DNA of 39,287 nucleotides. It comes from a virus. Positions 20,165-28,478 of the stretch are shown here, piece by piece. The stretch spans positions 71,606 through 110,892 of IMG/VR virus record IMGVR_UViG_3300027667_000003; one strand, given 5' to 3'. The notes beneath the pieces were generated by a model. That model was not told the origin of the DNA, ran no database searches, and saw only the letters and a program-made list of their open reading frames with translations. Both the position numbers and the translations under genes were made by a program. Every line of letters begins with the position of its first letter. Positions within the stretch are counted from its first letter, which is position 1.

Positions 20165-21076
20165 TTAAAAAATAAAAAACCACTTTAAAAACGTCATCAC
20201 AACCCTAACAAATATTGAAGATTTTTTCGAATCTCCCATCGCGGGTTTCTTATCTTTTGTAGCCGGTTCGGGTTCGGGTTTCAATCCTGCTGAATCGTCT
20301 TGCATAAAATTCCTAAGATTAGATCCGACTGGAATAATCGCTGCGGCCATCTGCGTTCCTGGAAACATCGCTTCTGTAAGCCCTACTATCTCATGTGTCT
20401 CTTCGTCCACAATTGCAGAACCGGAAGCACCGGGACCGAAAGGGATCTGTACAAAATACCTTCTACGTAAATGGGGATTATCGCCGCTTTCTGTTTCTCC
20501 AACTTGTTTAGAGACGATAGGACCTTCAACAACTTCTTTGGTCACACCCAAACTATAATTCACATTCAAGACGCGAGTACCGATGGGGGGTATGCCCTCA
20601 CCTTTGTACGTTTCAATAATGGGATAGTCCGTTATACTTTGAAACGAGAATACTCCGTAATCATACCGATCGTCGTTTTCAAATTTAAAAAGTTCGATCT
20701 TATGTAAAACAGGTTTTTCTGAGACATTATCCGCTACATAATAATCAATCTTATTCTCTGCTGCCTCATATGAAAAACAATGTCCGGTTGTTAAACCAAT
20801 AAAAGTTCCGTTACCATTTTTATCTACAACTGTGGCTGTGCAAACAAACTGTTCTTTAAATTCGCAGGACCAAAAATCGAACGGCCCAAAAATGGTTTCT
20901 AAAGTCTTATATCCACATACTTGCTTGCCGGCATAAATAGCCAATGTTGCTTGGGAAAGAGTCTCCCGAAAATCAGGTGTAACTTCAATCTGCTTTACAG
21001 ATTCTCTATGAGCCGAGATAAGCATAGGAGATGCAAGCATCACGAGGAGCATTAGTAATGCAAAAGCTTTCTTCAT
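20165..21076 (-). CDS. Trypsin-like serine protease with signal peptide
   Basis: MKKAFALLMLLVMLA signal peptide; triad motifs TTGHC, DYGV, GASGS. Confidence 0.85.
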   Translation of the reverse strand: MKKAFALLMLLVMLASPMLISAHRESVKQIEVTPDFRETLSQATLAIYAGKQVCGYKTLETIFGPFDFWSCEFKEQFVCTATVVDKNGNGTFIGLTTGHCFSYEAAENKIDYYVADNVSEKPVLHKIELFKFENDDRYDYGVFSFQSITDYPIIETYKGEGIPPIGTRVLNVNYSLGVTKEVVEGPIVSKQVGETESGDNPHLRRRYFVQIPFGPGASGSAIVDEETHEIVGLTEAMFPGTQMAAAIIPVGSNLRNFMQDDSAGLKPEPEPATKDKKPAMGDSKKSSIFVRVVMTFLKWFFIF

Positions 21077-21168
21077 TGGCGTACTCGATATTTAATTTCC
21101 TCCCAACAATACAACACAAAACCGATGATATTTAACGTAATAGAGAGGATAGTACCACGTTTTGACAT
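21073..21168 (-). CDS. Small membrane peptide (31 aa)
   Basis: MSKRGTILSITLNIIGFVLYCWEEIKYRVRQ; ATGA overlap with protease start. Confidence 0.5.
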   Translation of the reverse strand: MSKRGTILSITLNIIGFVLYCWEEIKYRVRQ

Positions 21169-21179
21169 TTCAAAGTGTC

Positions 21180-21731
21180 CTACAATGTAACAGTCCGTTG
21201 AGATATCGTAAATTCAACAATACGATTCACCCAAGATAAAAACTCATCTTGGGAAAGATCATTTTTAGCTAGATTACAAATAGAACAGCAAGGCACAACG
21301 TTATTTAACTCATACCCTACGCTATTTTCAACACGATCTATACCGTTCCAGAAATACTTAAAACCGCCTCTGCTTTCTTTTTCTAGTGCGGGGGATGCGC
21401 CGCAATAAAAACAATTACTGGATGTAATTTTACGGAACTCTTCTTTTGTGAGATTGAAAGTATAACCCCTTCTTCGTGCCGAAGATTTGTAGCTATACAT
21501 TATATAATTCAAAGGTGCGTCTGGATTCACGCTAAATTCTCGTCTATAACACCCACAACTTTTTGTTGATCCTGTTTTCAAACTAGCCGAACTTATGGTA
21601 TGATCATTACCGCAATCGCATTTACAAAACCACTGTACCCAATGTCTACCATCTATTGATGTTCTACTTGGAACTTTACTTATAACTACTAGCTTACCGA
21701 ATCTCTTTCCTATAAGATTGCTTACAATCAT
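21180..21731 (-). CDS. HNH-type homing endonuclease with N-terminal CDCG zinc-ribbon domain
   Basis: LIGKRFGKLVV...WFCKCDCG...SCGC; CFYCG...GIDRVENSVGY...NVVPCCSICN. Confidence 0.88.
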   Translation of the reverse strand: MIVSNLIGKRFGKLVVISKVPSRTSIDGRHWVQWFCKCDCGNDHTISSASLKTGSTKSCGCYRREFSVNPDAPLNYIMYSYKSSARRRGYTFNLTKEEFRKITSSNCFYCGASPALEKESRGGFKYFWNGIDRVENSVGYELNNVVPCCSICNLAKNDLSQDEFLSWVNRIVEFTISQRTVTL

Positions 21732-21734
21732 ACC

Positions 21735-21776
21735 TTCTCCTAACAGAATTGATCCGGGGCGTGGTTAGGCACGCCC
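21735..21776 (-). promoter_or_regulatory. Kissing-loop RBS-sequestering RNA element (copy 2)
   Basis: GGGCGTG-CCTAAC-CACGCCC ... TTCT-GTTAGG-AGAA. Confidence 0.7.
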
Positions 21777-21814
21777 ACGAATCTACGCCCCGGTAATGAG
21801 CCGAGGAATGTTTT

Positions 21815-22129
21815 TTATGCCGCGGGAGGTTTGCTCCCGGTTGAATCAACAGTAATGTTATTTACAACTTGCGTTGATTGATTTTGCATTTGGCGATCGT
21901 GATAATCTTGAAGTCCGCTTTTGAAAGTCAACAGTGTTTGAATTGCCCCTGCAAAAAGAGCAAACGATGTTAAATCACGCCCCAAAATTAACCAGCCATA
22001 AACTCCAGCAATTGAAAAAGCTATCGCAAAAAAAGTTGTGCGGCCGTTAAAGAAGCGAAAGAACTTTTGAATGGCTCCGCCTTGCATTGCTTCTACTGCT
22101 TTAGCCTTTACTTTATCTTGAAAGCCCAT
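21815..22129 (-). CDS. Holin-like membrane protein
   Basis: 104 aa, two hydrophobic helices, 'GRTT' before TM1, hydrophilic tail. Confidence 0.55.
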   Translation of the reverse strand: MGFQDKVKAKAVEAMQGGAIQKFFRFFNGRTTFFAIAFSIAGVYGWLILGRDLTSFALFAGAIQTLLTFKSGLQDYHDRQMQNQSTQVVNNITVDSTGSKPPAA

Positions 22130-22141
22130 AGTACTTCCTAA

Positions 22142-22339
22142 TTAGTGTTTCCACTTAGACATCGTGTGTGCAAATTCAGCCATTCGTCTAACGTGCTCTG
22201 ACTTTGAATTCCGAGCAGCCGATAATTTCTCTGCGGGGATTTTCTCATCTTCTGCGACACCTAATGCACGATGGAGGCCCCCTTTACGGAGATGGTGTAT
22301 TGCTCGATACAAACTTGGATTCTTAACTCTATCCGCCAT
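22142..22339 (-). CDS. Small basic hypothetical protein (GGLHRALGV motif)
   Basis: Start MADRVKNP at 22339 with GGAG RBS; 65 aa. Confidence 0.7.
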   Translation of the reverse strand: MADRVKNPSLYRAIHHLRKGGLHRALGVAEDEKIPAEKLSAARNSKSEHVRRMAEFAHTMSKWKH

Positions 22340-22340
22340 G

Positions 22341-22637
22341 TTATGCTCCCATCCCTGAAACACCTGCGGGAGCGGGTGCTGCGGGTAGTCCTGCCGGACC
22401 GGCTTGCGCCTGTGGAACACCGTGATCGCCGGCGTTAGCTTGCATCTCACCCGGATTAGGTTGTCCCAAATTATCTTCCATTGAATGATGAACGCCATCA
22501 AGATTGGCGACGGCGTGTTTCACATCGTGCGCCGCTCCGCTTTCATGTTGATGATGAACCGTATGTGACTTGTCTTTATGATGCTCCACGCTCGTACGAT
22601 GAAATCCGTGGCCTGCGTGTTTCTTTTTATCCGCCAT
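22341..22637 (-). CDS. His-rich protein, paralog B
   Basis: Start MADKKKHAGHGF at 22637; 98 aa. Confidence 0.75.
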   Translation of the reverse strand: MADKKKHAGHGFHRTSVEHHKDKSHTVHHQHESGAAHDVKHAVANLDGVHHSMEDNLGQPNPGEMQANAGDHGVPQAQAGPAGLPAAPAPAGVSGMGA

Positions 22638-22638
22638 C

Positions 22639-22926
22639 TTACTTGTCCTCTGCCATCTCGGCAATCTTCTGATGAATGCCTGGCGAAACCTTCTCTTCGA
22701 GCGCTTCTGGATCCTGACCGCTCTTCTCAATCTTAGATTCGACTTCGTCAGGATTCAAATGCTTTTGAAAACTCTCATGAACGCCATCCAAATCGGCAAC
22801 GGCGTGCTTGACATCGTGCTCCGGGCCGTCTGCATGAACGTGGTGAATCGAAGCGGAACCGTCATCGTGAATGTCAACGTGTGTATGTGTAAACCCGTGC
22901 CCCGCGTGGGGATGCTTACCTTTCAT
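22639..22926 (-). CDS. His-rich protein, paralog A
   Basis: 95 aa; GAGGAG RBS; HAGHGF...HDVKHAVA.LDGVH shared with neighbour. Confidence 0.75.
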   Translation of the reverse strand: MKGKHPHAGHGFTHTHVDIHDDGSASIHHVHADGPEHDVKHAVADLDGVHESFQKHLNPDEVESKIEKSGQDPEALEEKVSPGIHQKIAEMAEDK

Positions 22927-22928
22927 AA

Positions 22929-23598
22929 CTACTCCTCGCCTTTGTCCGAAGGATCAGCTTTCTTATTCTCCCCTAATAAGGGAATAACTTCATCGTTGGG
23001 CATCACTGCGACAACACCGCCCGGATGAATCAAATCTTCTTTGTCTGTTGCATAATCTTTAAGATAACCTCTCAAAGCTTTACTGAGATCTTCCCAGTAA
23101 ATAACATTTGAAAGATGACCGACTACAATTGCTTTCTTATTTGGGTTCTCAGCAGTCCAACTAGAAAGATCTAATGCAAAATCCTTCTGTCTATTTCTAA
23201 AATCACTAACGCTCTCGCCACCCGGAAAAGGTTCAGTCGGGTTTTCAAGATAGTAATCTATTGAAGTGGTAGCTTTATCTTCACCGGTGAAATCGCCCAC
23301 ATTTAGGGGGCGAAGGCGCTGATCCGTGTGAATGTCTTTCAAACCTAAAATTTTACCTATGATAGCGGCCGTATGAAGTGCTCGATCTAAATCTGAGGTG
23401 ATAACGATCCCAAACGAAACAGGTTGTTTTGCTAAGAAACGCCCCGCAACTTTAGCTTGACGAATACCCTTCTTATCCAAAGCAGCCGAATCATCATCGG
23501 ACCAGCCCCTAAATTTGTCAGATTCATTAAAGTTCGGTCGTGCCATGTCTCACAAGAAAGAATAAAGCGTTTCTGACATCTTTATTCTCTAGTGGCAT
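22929..23598 (-). CDS. Histidine phosphatase (phosphoglycerate mutase family) split by a +1 frameshift
   Basis: ATG 23598 gives MPLENKDVRNALFFLVRHGTTEL* (RHG motif). The rest (NESDKFRGW, SDLDRA, GGES, VVGH) is in the +1 frame after CTT-TAA at 23532-23527. Confidence 0.8.
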
Positions 23599-24184
23599 AA
23601 TCTCGACCTTCTCCAATTTCATATCTCGCTATATAGGATTGAACGCGTTCTACAACACCGGGATGATTCTCAATAAAACCAATAAATACGTTGCAACCCC
23701 GATGAACCAACTCTCTACAAAGACCGCTCTCGTGGTCATGATCAAAACATTGGTTTAAAGTTTTTAGTGGATTTAGACAGATTGCACAAATTCCTTTTTG
23801 CTTTTCAAACTGTTCTTTTCTTACCACTGTCCACCAATTTGTATCAAAACCATTTCCTGGATGTTTATATCTACCGTTGACTGGGGCGTTTCTGTTAGAT
23901 GCTCTGAGAGTATTCTTCCTTCCCGAACATTTAAGACAACCCGTTGACCGACCGTTAACCAAAGATCTCTGACCTACTTCTTTTTCTGTTCCGCAATCAC
24001 AGTGGCAAAACCAATAACGAATGCCGTTGCGTATTGATCGTTTCTCTAAAGCAACCCAACGCCCGAATCTCTGCTTTGTTAAATCGCCCGTTCTATCCAA
24101 AGCCTGAGCAATCTTGTTTTTAACTTCTTCAGAAGCAGTATGTCCTTTTACAAACACACCTCTCTCATTTCTTTCCGTTATCAT
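23582..24184 (-). CDS. Endonuclease VII-like (His-Me finger) homing endonuclease
   Basis: QKGICAIC...FDHDHESGLCRELVHRGCN; N-terminal HTASEEVKNKI and WFCHCDCG domains. Confidence 0.88.
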   Translation of the reverse strand: MITERNERGVFVKGHTASEEVKNKIAQALDRTGDLTKQRFGRWVALEKRSIRNGIRYWFCHCDCGTEKEVGQRSLVNGRSTGCLKCSGRKNTLRASNRNAPVNGRYKHPGNGFDTNWWTVVRKEQFEKQKGICAICLNPLKTLNQCFDHDHESGLCRELVHRGCNVFIGFIENHPGVVERVQSYIARYEIGEGRDYATRE

Positions 24185-24188
24185 TTTT

Positions 24189-24230
24189 ACTCTCCGTAAT
24201 AGAGTCGGGGGTGATTACGGCACCCCCAAC
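24189..24230 (-). promoter_or_regulatory. Kissing-loop RBS-sequestering RNA element (copy 3)
   Basis: GGGGGTG-CCGTAAT-CACCCCC GACTCT-ATTACGG-AGAGT. Confidence 0.75.
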
Positions 24231-24400
24231 CGTTTACTACAAAATCTTTAAAGGGCCGTTCGTTCCGAATGCTCTTCTGGGTCGAAGTAGTTTTCGACTT
24301 AGGTAAGATGGTCAAGCTACAACCATGCGGGACCGTTCCCGCGTGCGCTCATCCAGCCCCGTCGGAGATGAGTTCTTCTTCGGAAAGAACCCGAACTTAT

Positions 24401-24685
24401 TTACTCACAATCTCCGTCGCCTTCTGCGTTACCGTTTTCCATCTTCTCTTGACGAGCACGAGATGCAGAAGGCAGGCCTTGAACATGCTTAACATCTTTG
24501 ACGCCTTCTTTCTTGTGCATCTTATGAACCGCACCGTACTCTAAGCCCTCACCCAAAGCAATGTCCGCCTCGTGAGATTTAGAAGGATGTTCATTCGTAC
24601 CGGCACTCGCGGGGGCCGCAGGATGATTCGTTTTTCCAGCCGGCATACTAACGTGGGTATTCGGCTTTGCTTTATCGCTCTTCAT
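24401..24685 (-). CDS. Small hydrophilic (likely disordered) protein
   Basis: Start MKSDKAKP at 24685 with AAGGA RBS; 94 aa. Confidence 0.65.
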   Translation of the reverse strand: MKSDKAKPNTHVSMPAGKTNHPAAPASAGTNEHPSKSHEADIALGEGLEYGAVHKMHKKEGVKDVKHVQGLPSASRARQEKMENGNAEGDGDCE

Positions 24686-24695
24686 AAAAATTCCT

Positions 24696-25031
24696 TTAGG
24701 CTTCGAAATACTCGCCCATGAGTTCATCTTCTTGGATGAGCAAAAGTTTCTCACCCAAAACTTTAACTTCGTTTCCACTGTACTTTCCGAAAACCACTGT
24801 GCTGCCCACTGTAACATCCAAGGGTATGCGCTCGCCGTTTTTAGTACGGCCCTTTCCGACTGCTACTACAACCCCTTCTTGTGGCTTTTCTTTAGCCGTG
24901 TCGGGCTGGTATAGTCCGTTGACCATCTCATCCGTTTCTGGAGTTACCCGAACCAAAACTCTGTCGTGCAATGGCCTCAACAGCTTTTTCTTTTCAACTG
25001 AAATATCTATTGCTGAGTCTGTGCAATTCAT
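24696..25031 (-). CDS. groES: Co-chaperonin GroES (Cpn10)
   Basis: LRPLHDRVLV, PDTAKEKPQEGVVVAVGKG, FGKYSGNEVK hallmark motifs. Confidence 0.95.
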   Translation of the reverse strand: MNCTDSAIDISVEKKKLLRPLHDRVLVRVTPETDEMVNGLYQPDTAKEKPQEGVVVAVGKGRTKNGERIPLDVTVGSTVVFGKYSGNEVKVLGEKLLLIQEDELMGEYFEA

Positions 25032-25039
25032 ATTAACTC

Positions 25040-25231
25040 CTATTGTATTGTGTTATTTATTGTCTGCTTACTTTTTCGAGCGGCCATCTTAAAAGGTGCT
25101 GCTGAAAATTCATTTACTCGTGGTGCCACTGTGTTCAATGGCTCTTGAGGTTTGGGCATCCTGTTCATTTCAGAAACCACGCCAGCATTCTCTGTTGGGA
25201 GGCCGCCTGTCAATCCTTTGTAATCTAACAT
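25040..25231 (-). CDS. Small hypothetical protein
   Basis: 63-aa ORF tightly packed in the operon. Confidence 0.6.
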   Translation of the reverse strand: MLDYKGLTGGLPTENAGVVSEMNRMPKPQEPLNTVAPRVNEFSAAPFKMAARKSKQTINNTIQ

Positions 25232-25233
25232 GA

Positions 25234-25431
25234 TTAACTCTTTTTGTGGACCATAGAATAAGAAGCGTTTTTATGAGCATACGCCGGAAGATGCTTCTCA
25301 CTGGTGGCAGCAAAATCATGAAGTTGAGCATGACTCATCTTCTTCAAACCTTTATTACGAGCATACAACTTTTCTGGTTCGTGCTCGGCGATTGCCATTG
25401 CAATCCTCTGTGCTTTACTTTCTGCCGGCAT
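25234..25431 (-). CDS. DUF3008-like small protein
   Basis: MPAESKAQ...MS..QLHDFA.T..K.LP pattern, recognised from memory of the family. Confidence 0.6.
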   Translation of the reverse strand: MPAESKAQRIAMAIAEHEPEKLYARNKGLKKMSHAQLHDFAATSEKHLPAYAHKNASYSMVHKKS

Positions 25432-25763
25432 TAGAGTTCCTTGTCCGTTGGATCATCAACTAAAGGTTGGGTCGTCCCCATTGGCTCTGCCACTTCTACT
25501 GTATATCCTCTTCGAACACCCAATGCTTTTTCAATGTGCGGAAGATGGTTATTCAAAAGAAGAACCATACCTTCATTCAATGCTCTTTGATTCTTGGTGG
25601 ATTCATCCATAAAAATATTTGCTTTCTTAAAAAAATCGATTGCTGGTTGAATCCAATCTCTAACTTTCCAACCCAAATAACACACGCCTATGGTAGCTAC
25701 TCCATCTCTCAGCAATGTAACTATCTGTCCTACCGATGTTACTGTCGATTGTGGTTCGCCCAC
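25431..25763 (-). CDS. Single-TM membrane protein
   Basis: 110 aa, GTG start, one hydrophobic segment, NNHLPHIE motif. Confidence 0.6.
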   Translation of the reverse strand: MGEPQSTVTSVGQIVTLLRDGVATIGVCYLGWKVRDWIQPAIDFFKKANIFMDESTKNQRALNEGMVLLLNNHLPHIEKALGVRRGYTVEVAEPMGTTQPLVDDPTDKEL

Positions 25764-25877
25764 GAGACACCTAAAGTTTGTTCGCGGCTATAACGCAAAC
25801 TTGCTCGGGATTTCACCTATACGTTGACTGGAGCCGCTTAATGCGTACTGCCAATGTCAATCGAATTTAAAATTTGC

Positions 25878-25922
25878 CGAAGTGCTATACAAGATGCTAT
25901 ACAGTTGTATAGCACCCCGGAC
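25878..25922 (-). terminator. Hairpin/terminator with duplicated 3' arm
   Basis: GTGCTATACA pairs with either of two TGTATAGCA copies; just after the stop of 25929..26567. Confidence 0.45.
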
Positions 25923-25928
25923 TTGGAA

Positions 25929-26567
25929 TTACTGTTGCAGATCAAACTGATACATAGATGCAGAATTACCCGCACCGCTGATCGAGAACGTGATACCGAC
26001 CGCAAGACCGTAAGGAATTGCAGCATTCATGTTCACGCCGCTCAAGCTAGAAACAAGAGCAGGAGTGGCTGAAGCATTGGTTCCGTCCATTACGATTGCT
26101 CCGGAAAGCAACTGCACCAAACCGGAACCGCCGAACTGAGGTTGTGATGCCTGACCTTGCTGAGCCAACAGACCGTCGCCTTCGAGATCTGCCGTCAAAG
26201 CCCACGGAATTATCGAAGACACATCTGCGGAAGCCGCAAACGTATTCGAGAAAATGGGCGTAGCGCCAACAACCGTACATGACAGACCGGATACAACGGT
26301 CGCACTAAACGTCACTGGATACAAACCAATCGTAACGGCCGGAGACGTTAGATCGCCACCGAACGTAATGTTACCGCCCGCACGAACGGATAAGCGCTGT
26401 GCATTAGCTTCACCGTTACCCGGAATAAACAACACACCGGCGCGAGTTGATGCAACGCCGATAGAAGCTCCCGGAACGTAAGGGAAAATTTTAACTGCGG
26501 TTCCCGTTCCACCAACGGTGACTGGATTCAAACCGTTGATCAAAAGATTAGTTACTGGTTGTGCCAT
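25929..26567 (-). CDS. Beta-rich putative virion protein
   Basis: 212 aa; GAGG RBS; AGG.IT and PW.L...l.G.Gl motifs shared with 30433..31122. Confidence 0.65.
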   Translation of the reverse strand: MAQPVTNLLINGLNPVTVGGTGTAVKIFPYVPGASIGVASTRAGVLFIPGNGEANAQRLSVRAGGNITFGGDLTSPAVTIGLYPVTFSATVVSGLSCTVVGATPIFSNTFAASADVSSIIPWALTADLEGDGLLAQQGQASQPQFGGSGLVQLLSGAIVMDGTNASATPALVSSLSGVNMNAAIPYGLAVGITFSISGAGNSASMYQFDLQQ

Positions 26568-26700
26568 TTGTATTACCTCTTGTTTATGTACCGAACCCGT
26601 AGAGGATCACCCCACGAATAAGGCTTTAATGAAGAATAACACAAAAGGTTTTTTGTGCCATTCTATTAGGCGCTTGGATCGAACTGCGCCGAAACTCTTT

Positions 26701-27081
26701 TTAAGTATAAACGATAACAACCGAAACTGAAGAAGATGGGGGTGTGGTTCCCGCGGTCCCACCTGCCGTTACACACGCTGCTGATAGGGCGGTACCGAAT
26801 ACTTTGCCTGCGGCCCCGCCGGTTAACAACTGGTGTGTCACCGTAGATAGACCCGGAACATATATCACTTCGTCCGGAGCGGTCGTACCAACAGTTACAG
26901 AACCGGAAGCCAGGTTGTAAAGCTTCACATAAACCGCTGAAGCATTACCAGAATTATTGACTTGGACAAGATAAACAGTAGCGGAGCTAGCTTTAACCGA
27001 ATCAACCGCATTGCCCATTGCAGAGTCTGTAAAAATAACTTCGTTAGCCGGCGATTGCGAGGCTACTTGAGTAATTGACAA
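26701..27081 (-). CDS. Small beta-rich putative virion protein
   Basis: 126 aa; AGGAG RBS, TTG start; 'YVKLYN.A..VTVGTTAPD' pattern. Confidence 0.65.
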   Translation of the reverse strand: MSITQVASQSPANEVIFTDSAMGNAVDSVKASSATVYLVQVNNSGNASAVYVKLYNLASGSVTVGTTAPDEVIYVPGLSTVTHQLLTGGAAGKVFGTALSAACVTAGGTAGTTPPSSSVSVVIVYT

Positions 27082-27111
27082 TTTAAATCTCCTGTCCGCA
27101 AATTCAACTAG

Positions 27112-28278
27112 TTAAGAGTAGTAAGCCACACCCAAATAATCAACGTGATAAATTCCATTCATACCTTGTCCACGAACTTGGATGATATCTTGCTGATTAT
27201 AATTGCCCCGATAATCTGCATTAGCGGTAGCTGCGGTGGGGGCGGGTTCTCCAAACACATCAGAAAATAATTGGGCTGGAGTAAGTTGCGTCAAACCGGG
27301 CAACAAGTTTGCAGAAGAAAGACGAGTCTTGTACACACCAAATAAGCAACTTCTTGAAAACAAATTTCCGGTTGTGCTGCCTCCGCTGCCGCTTCCTGGT
27401 GACAAAGCCGTTATGGCCGCGGCAATCGTTATAGCACCGCTCGTGGTAACAATACCTGCAAGCATGCGCCCGTTAACAACGCCTCCACCCAATGTGATGC
27501 TGGTATTAGCCAAAACATTTCCTTGCATTGTGGAAGGAAATACAGACGTGAAAGAACTTCCGGGCAACCAAACCACATTAGCTGGTTGAGCACCGTTGAT
27601 GAGTAAAACAGAAGCATTGCTTTCCAAAGTGATCGTGGAACCAGCCTTGAATATAAACAATGCATTAGAATTACCTTGAGCATCCAAAGTGATACTCGTA
27701 GGAATGTCCATGCTTGTACCCGCCGAGTAATTTCCCGGCAGATATGTAGATGCGGTCGAGCCATTACCTAAAACAGCAAGGTTGGCCGAAGATGCACTCA
27801 AGGATGTGAATACTAAACCAGTATAAAAATTATACGCGATGAGAGCAGCGGCCTGAGCGGCTGCGGCGTCCGCATTGTCGATTGTTCCGGGAGGAACAAC
27901 AATTCCTGGAGGAAAACCTGTAATTGATGCGGTCGGAAAAGATCCAATGTTCCCACCGGTAATCACAGAACTACCTGTGTTAGTGATTCCTGCTGCGGCC
28001 AAAAGCTCATAATTAGCGGCCACACCCAATTTAGCTGTAACCGGGGAACTGGCTCCGCCGCCGCCACTTCCGCCACCTGTTGGAACAGAATTGAAAGGAG
28101 GAATTTGCACAACTCCCGTGTTAGTCACGTTGAGTAGAAGATCTCCGCCGATCCCGTAGATCTGAAGCAAATCCAATAATTGTGGATTTGGCAAAGCAGC
28201 TAACGTTTGAAGTGATCCGGGACCGAGTTGCAACTGTCCCCAATCTGCGACTGTCGCGGGTGTCTGTAATGCTGGCAT
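27112..28278 (-). CDS. Protein with central DUF3494 ice-binding-like beta-solenoid domain
   Basis: LGVAANYELLAAAGITNTGSSVITG, ITGFPPG, ITLDAQGN.NALFIF, VLLINGAQPANVVW..GSS, GNVLANTSITL, NGRMLA. Confidence 0.9.
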   Translation of the reverse strand: MPALQTPATVADWGQLQLGPGSLQTLAALPNPQLLDLLQIYGIGGDLLLNVTNTGVVQIPPFNSVPTGGGSGGGGASSPVTAKLGVAANYELLAAAGITNTGSSVITGGNIGSFPTASITGFPPGIVVPPGTIDNADAAAAQAAALIAYNFYTGLVFTSLSASSANLAVLGNGSTASTYLPGNYSAGTSMDIPTSITLDAQGNSNALFIFKAGSTITLESNASVLLINGAQPANVVWLPGSSFTSVFPSTMQGNVLANTSITLGGGVVNGRMLAGIVTTSGAITIAAAITALSPGSGSGGSTTGNLFSRSCLFGVYKTRLSSANLLPGLTQLTPAQLFSDVFGEPAPTAATANADYRGNYNQQDIIQVRGQGMNGIYHVDYLGVAYYS

Positions 28279-28307
28279 ATATAAATCTCCTGATTTCTAA
28301 ATCTAAA

Positions 28308-28478
28308 TTACAGCTTAGCCTTGACATCAGCTACAAGCTTTTTGACTTCCGCAGAAACAGAAGACTCAGCCTTCACGAGTTCTGCCCTAACGGCCGCGAG
28401 CTTACTCGCATTCTTCACACGACCGGCTCCGAAGCCCAACCCTAAACCCAATGCTCCAACTACGATTAAACTCAACAT
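28308..28478 (-). CDS. Small membrane-anchored protein (56 aa)
   Basis: MLSLIVVGALGLGLGFGAGRVK...; AGGAG RBS. Confidence 0.7.
   Translation of the reverse strand: MLSLIVVGALGLGLGFGAGRVKNASKLAAVRAELVKAESSVSAEVKKLVADVKAKL

Noticed and set aside
21757-21776. Plus-strand CGTGGTTAGGCACG resembles pistol ribozyme P1
   Set aside because: The pseudoknot partner lies on the wrong side and the A-rich linker and core are missing; better explained as the antisense of the kissing-loop element
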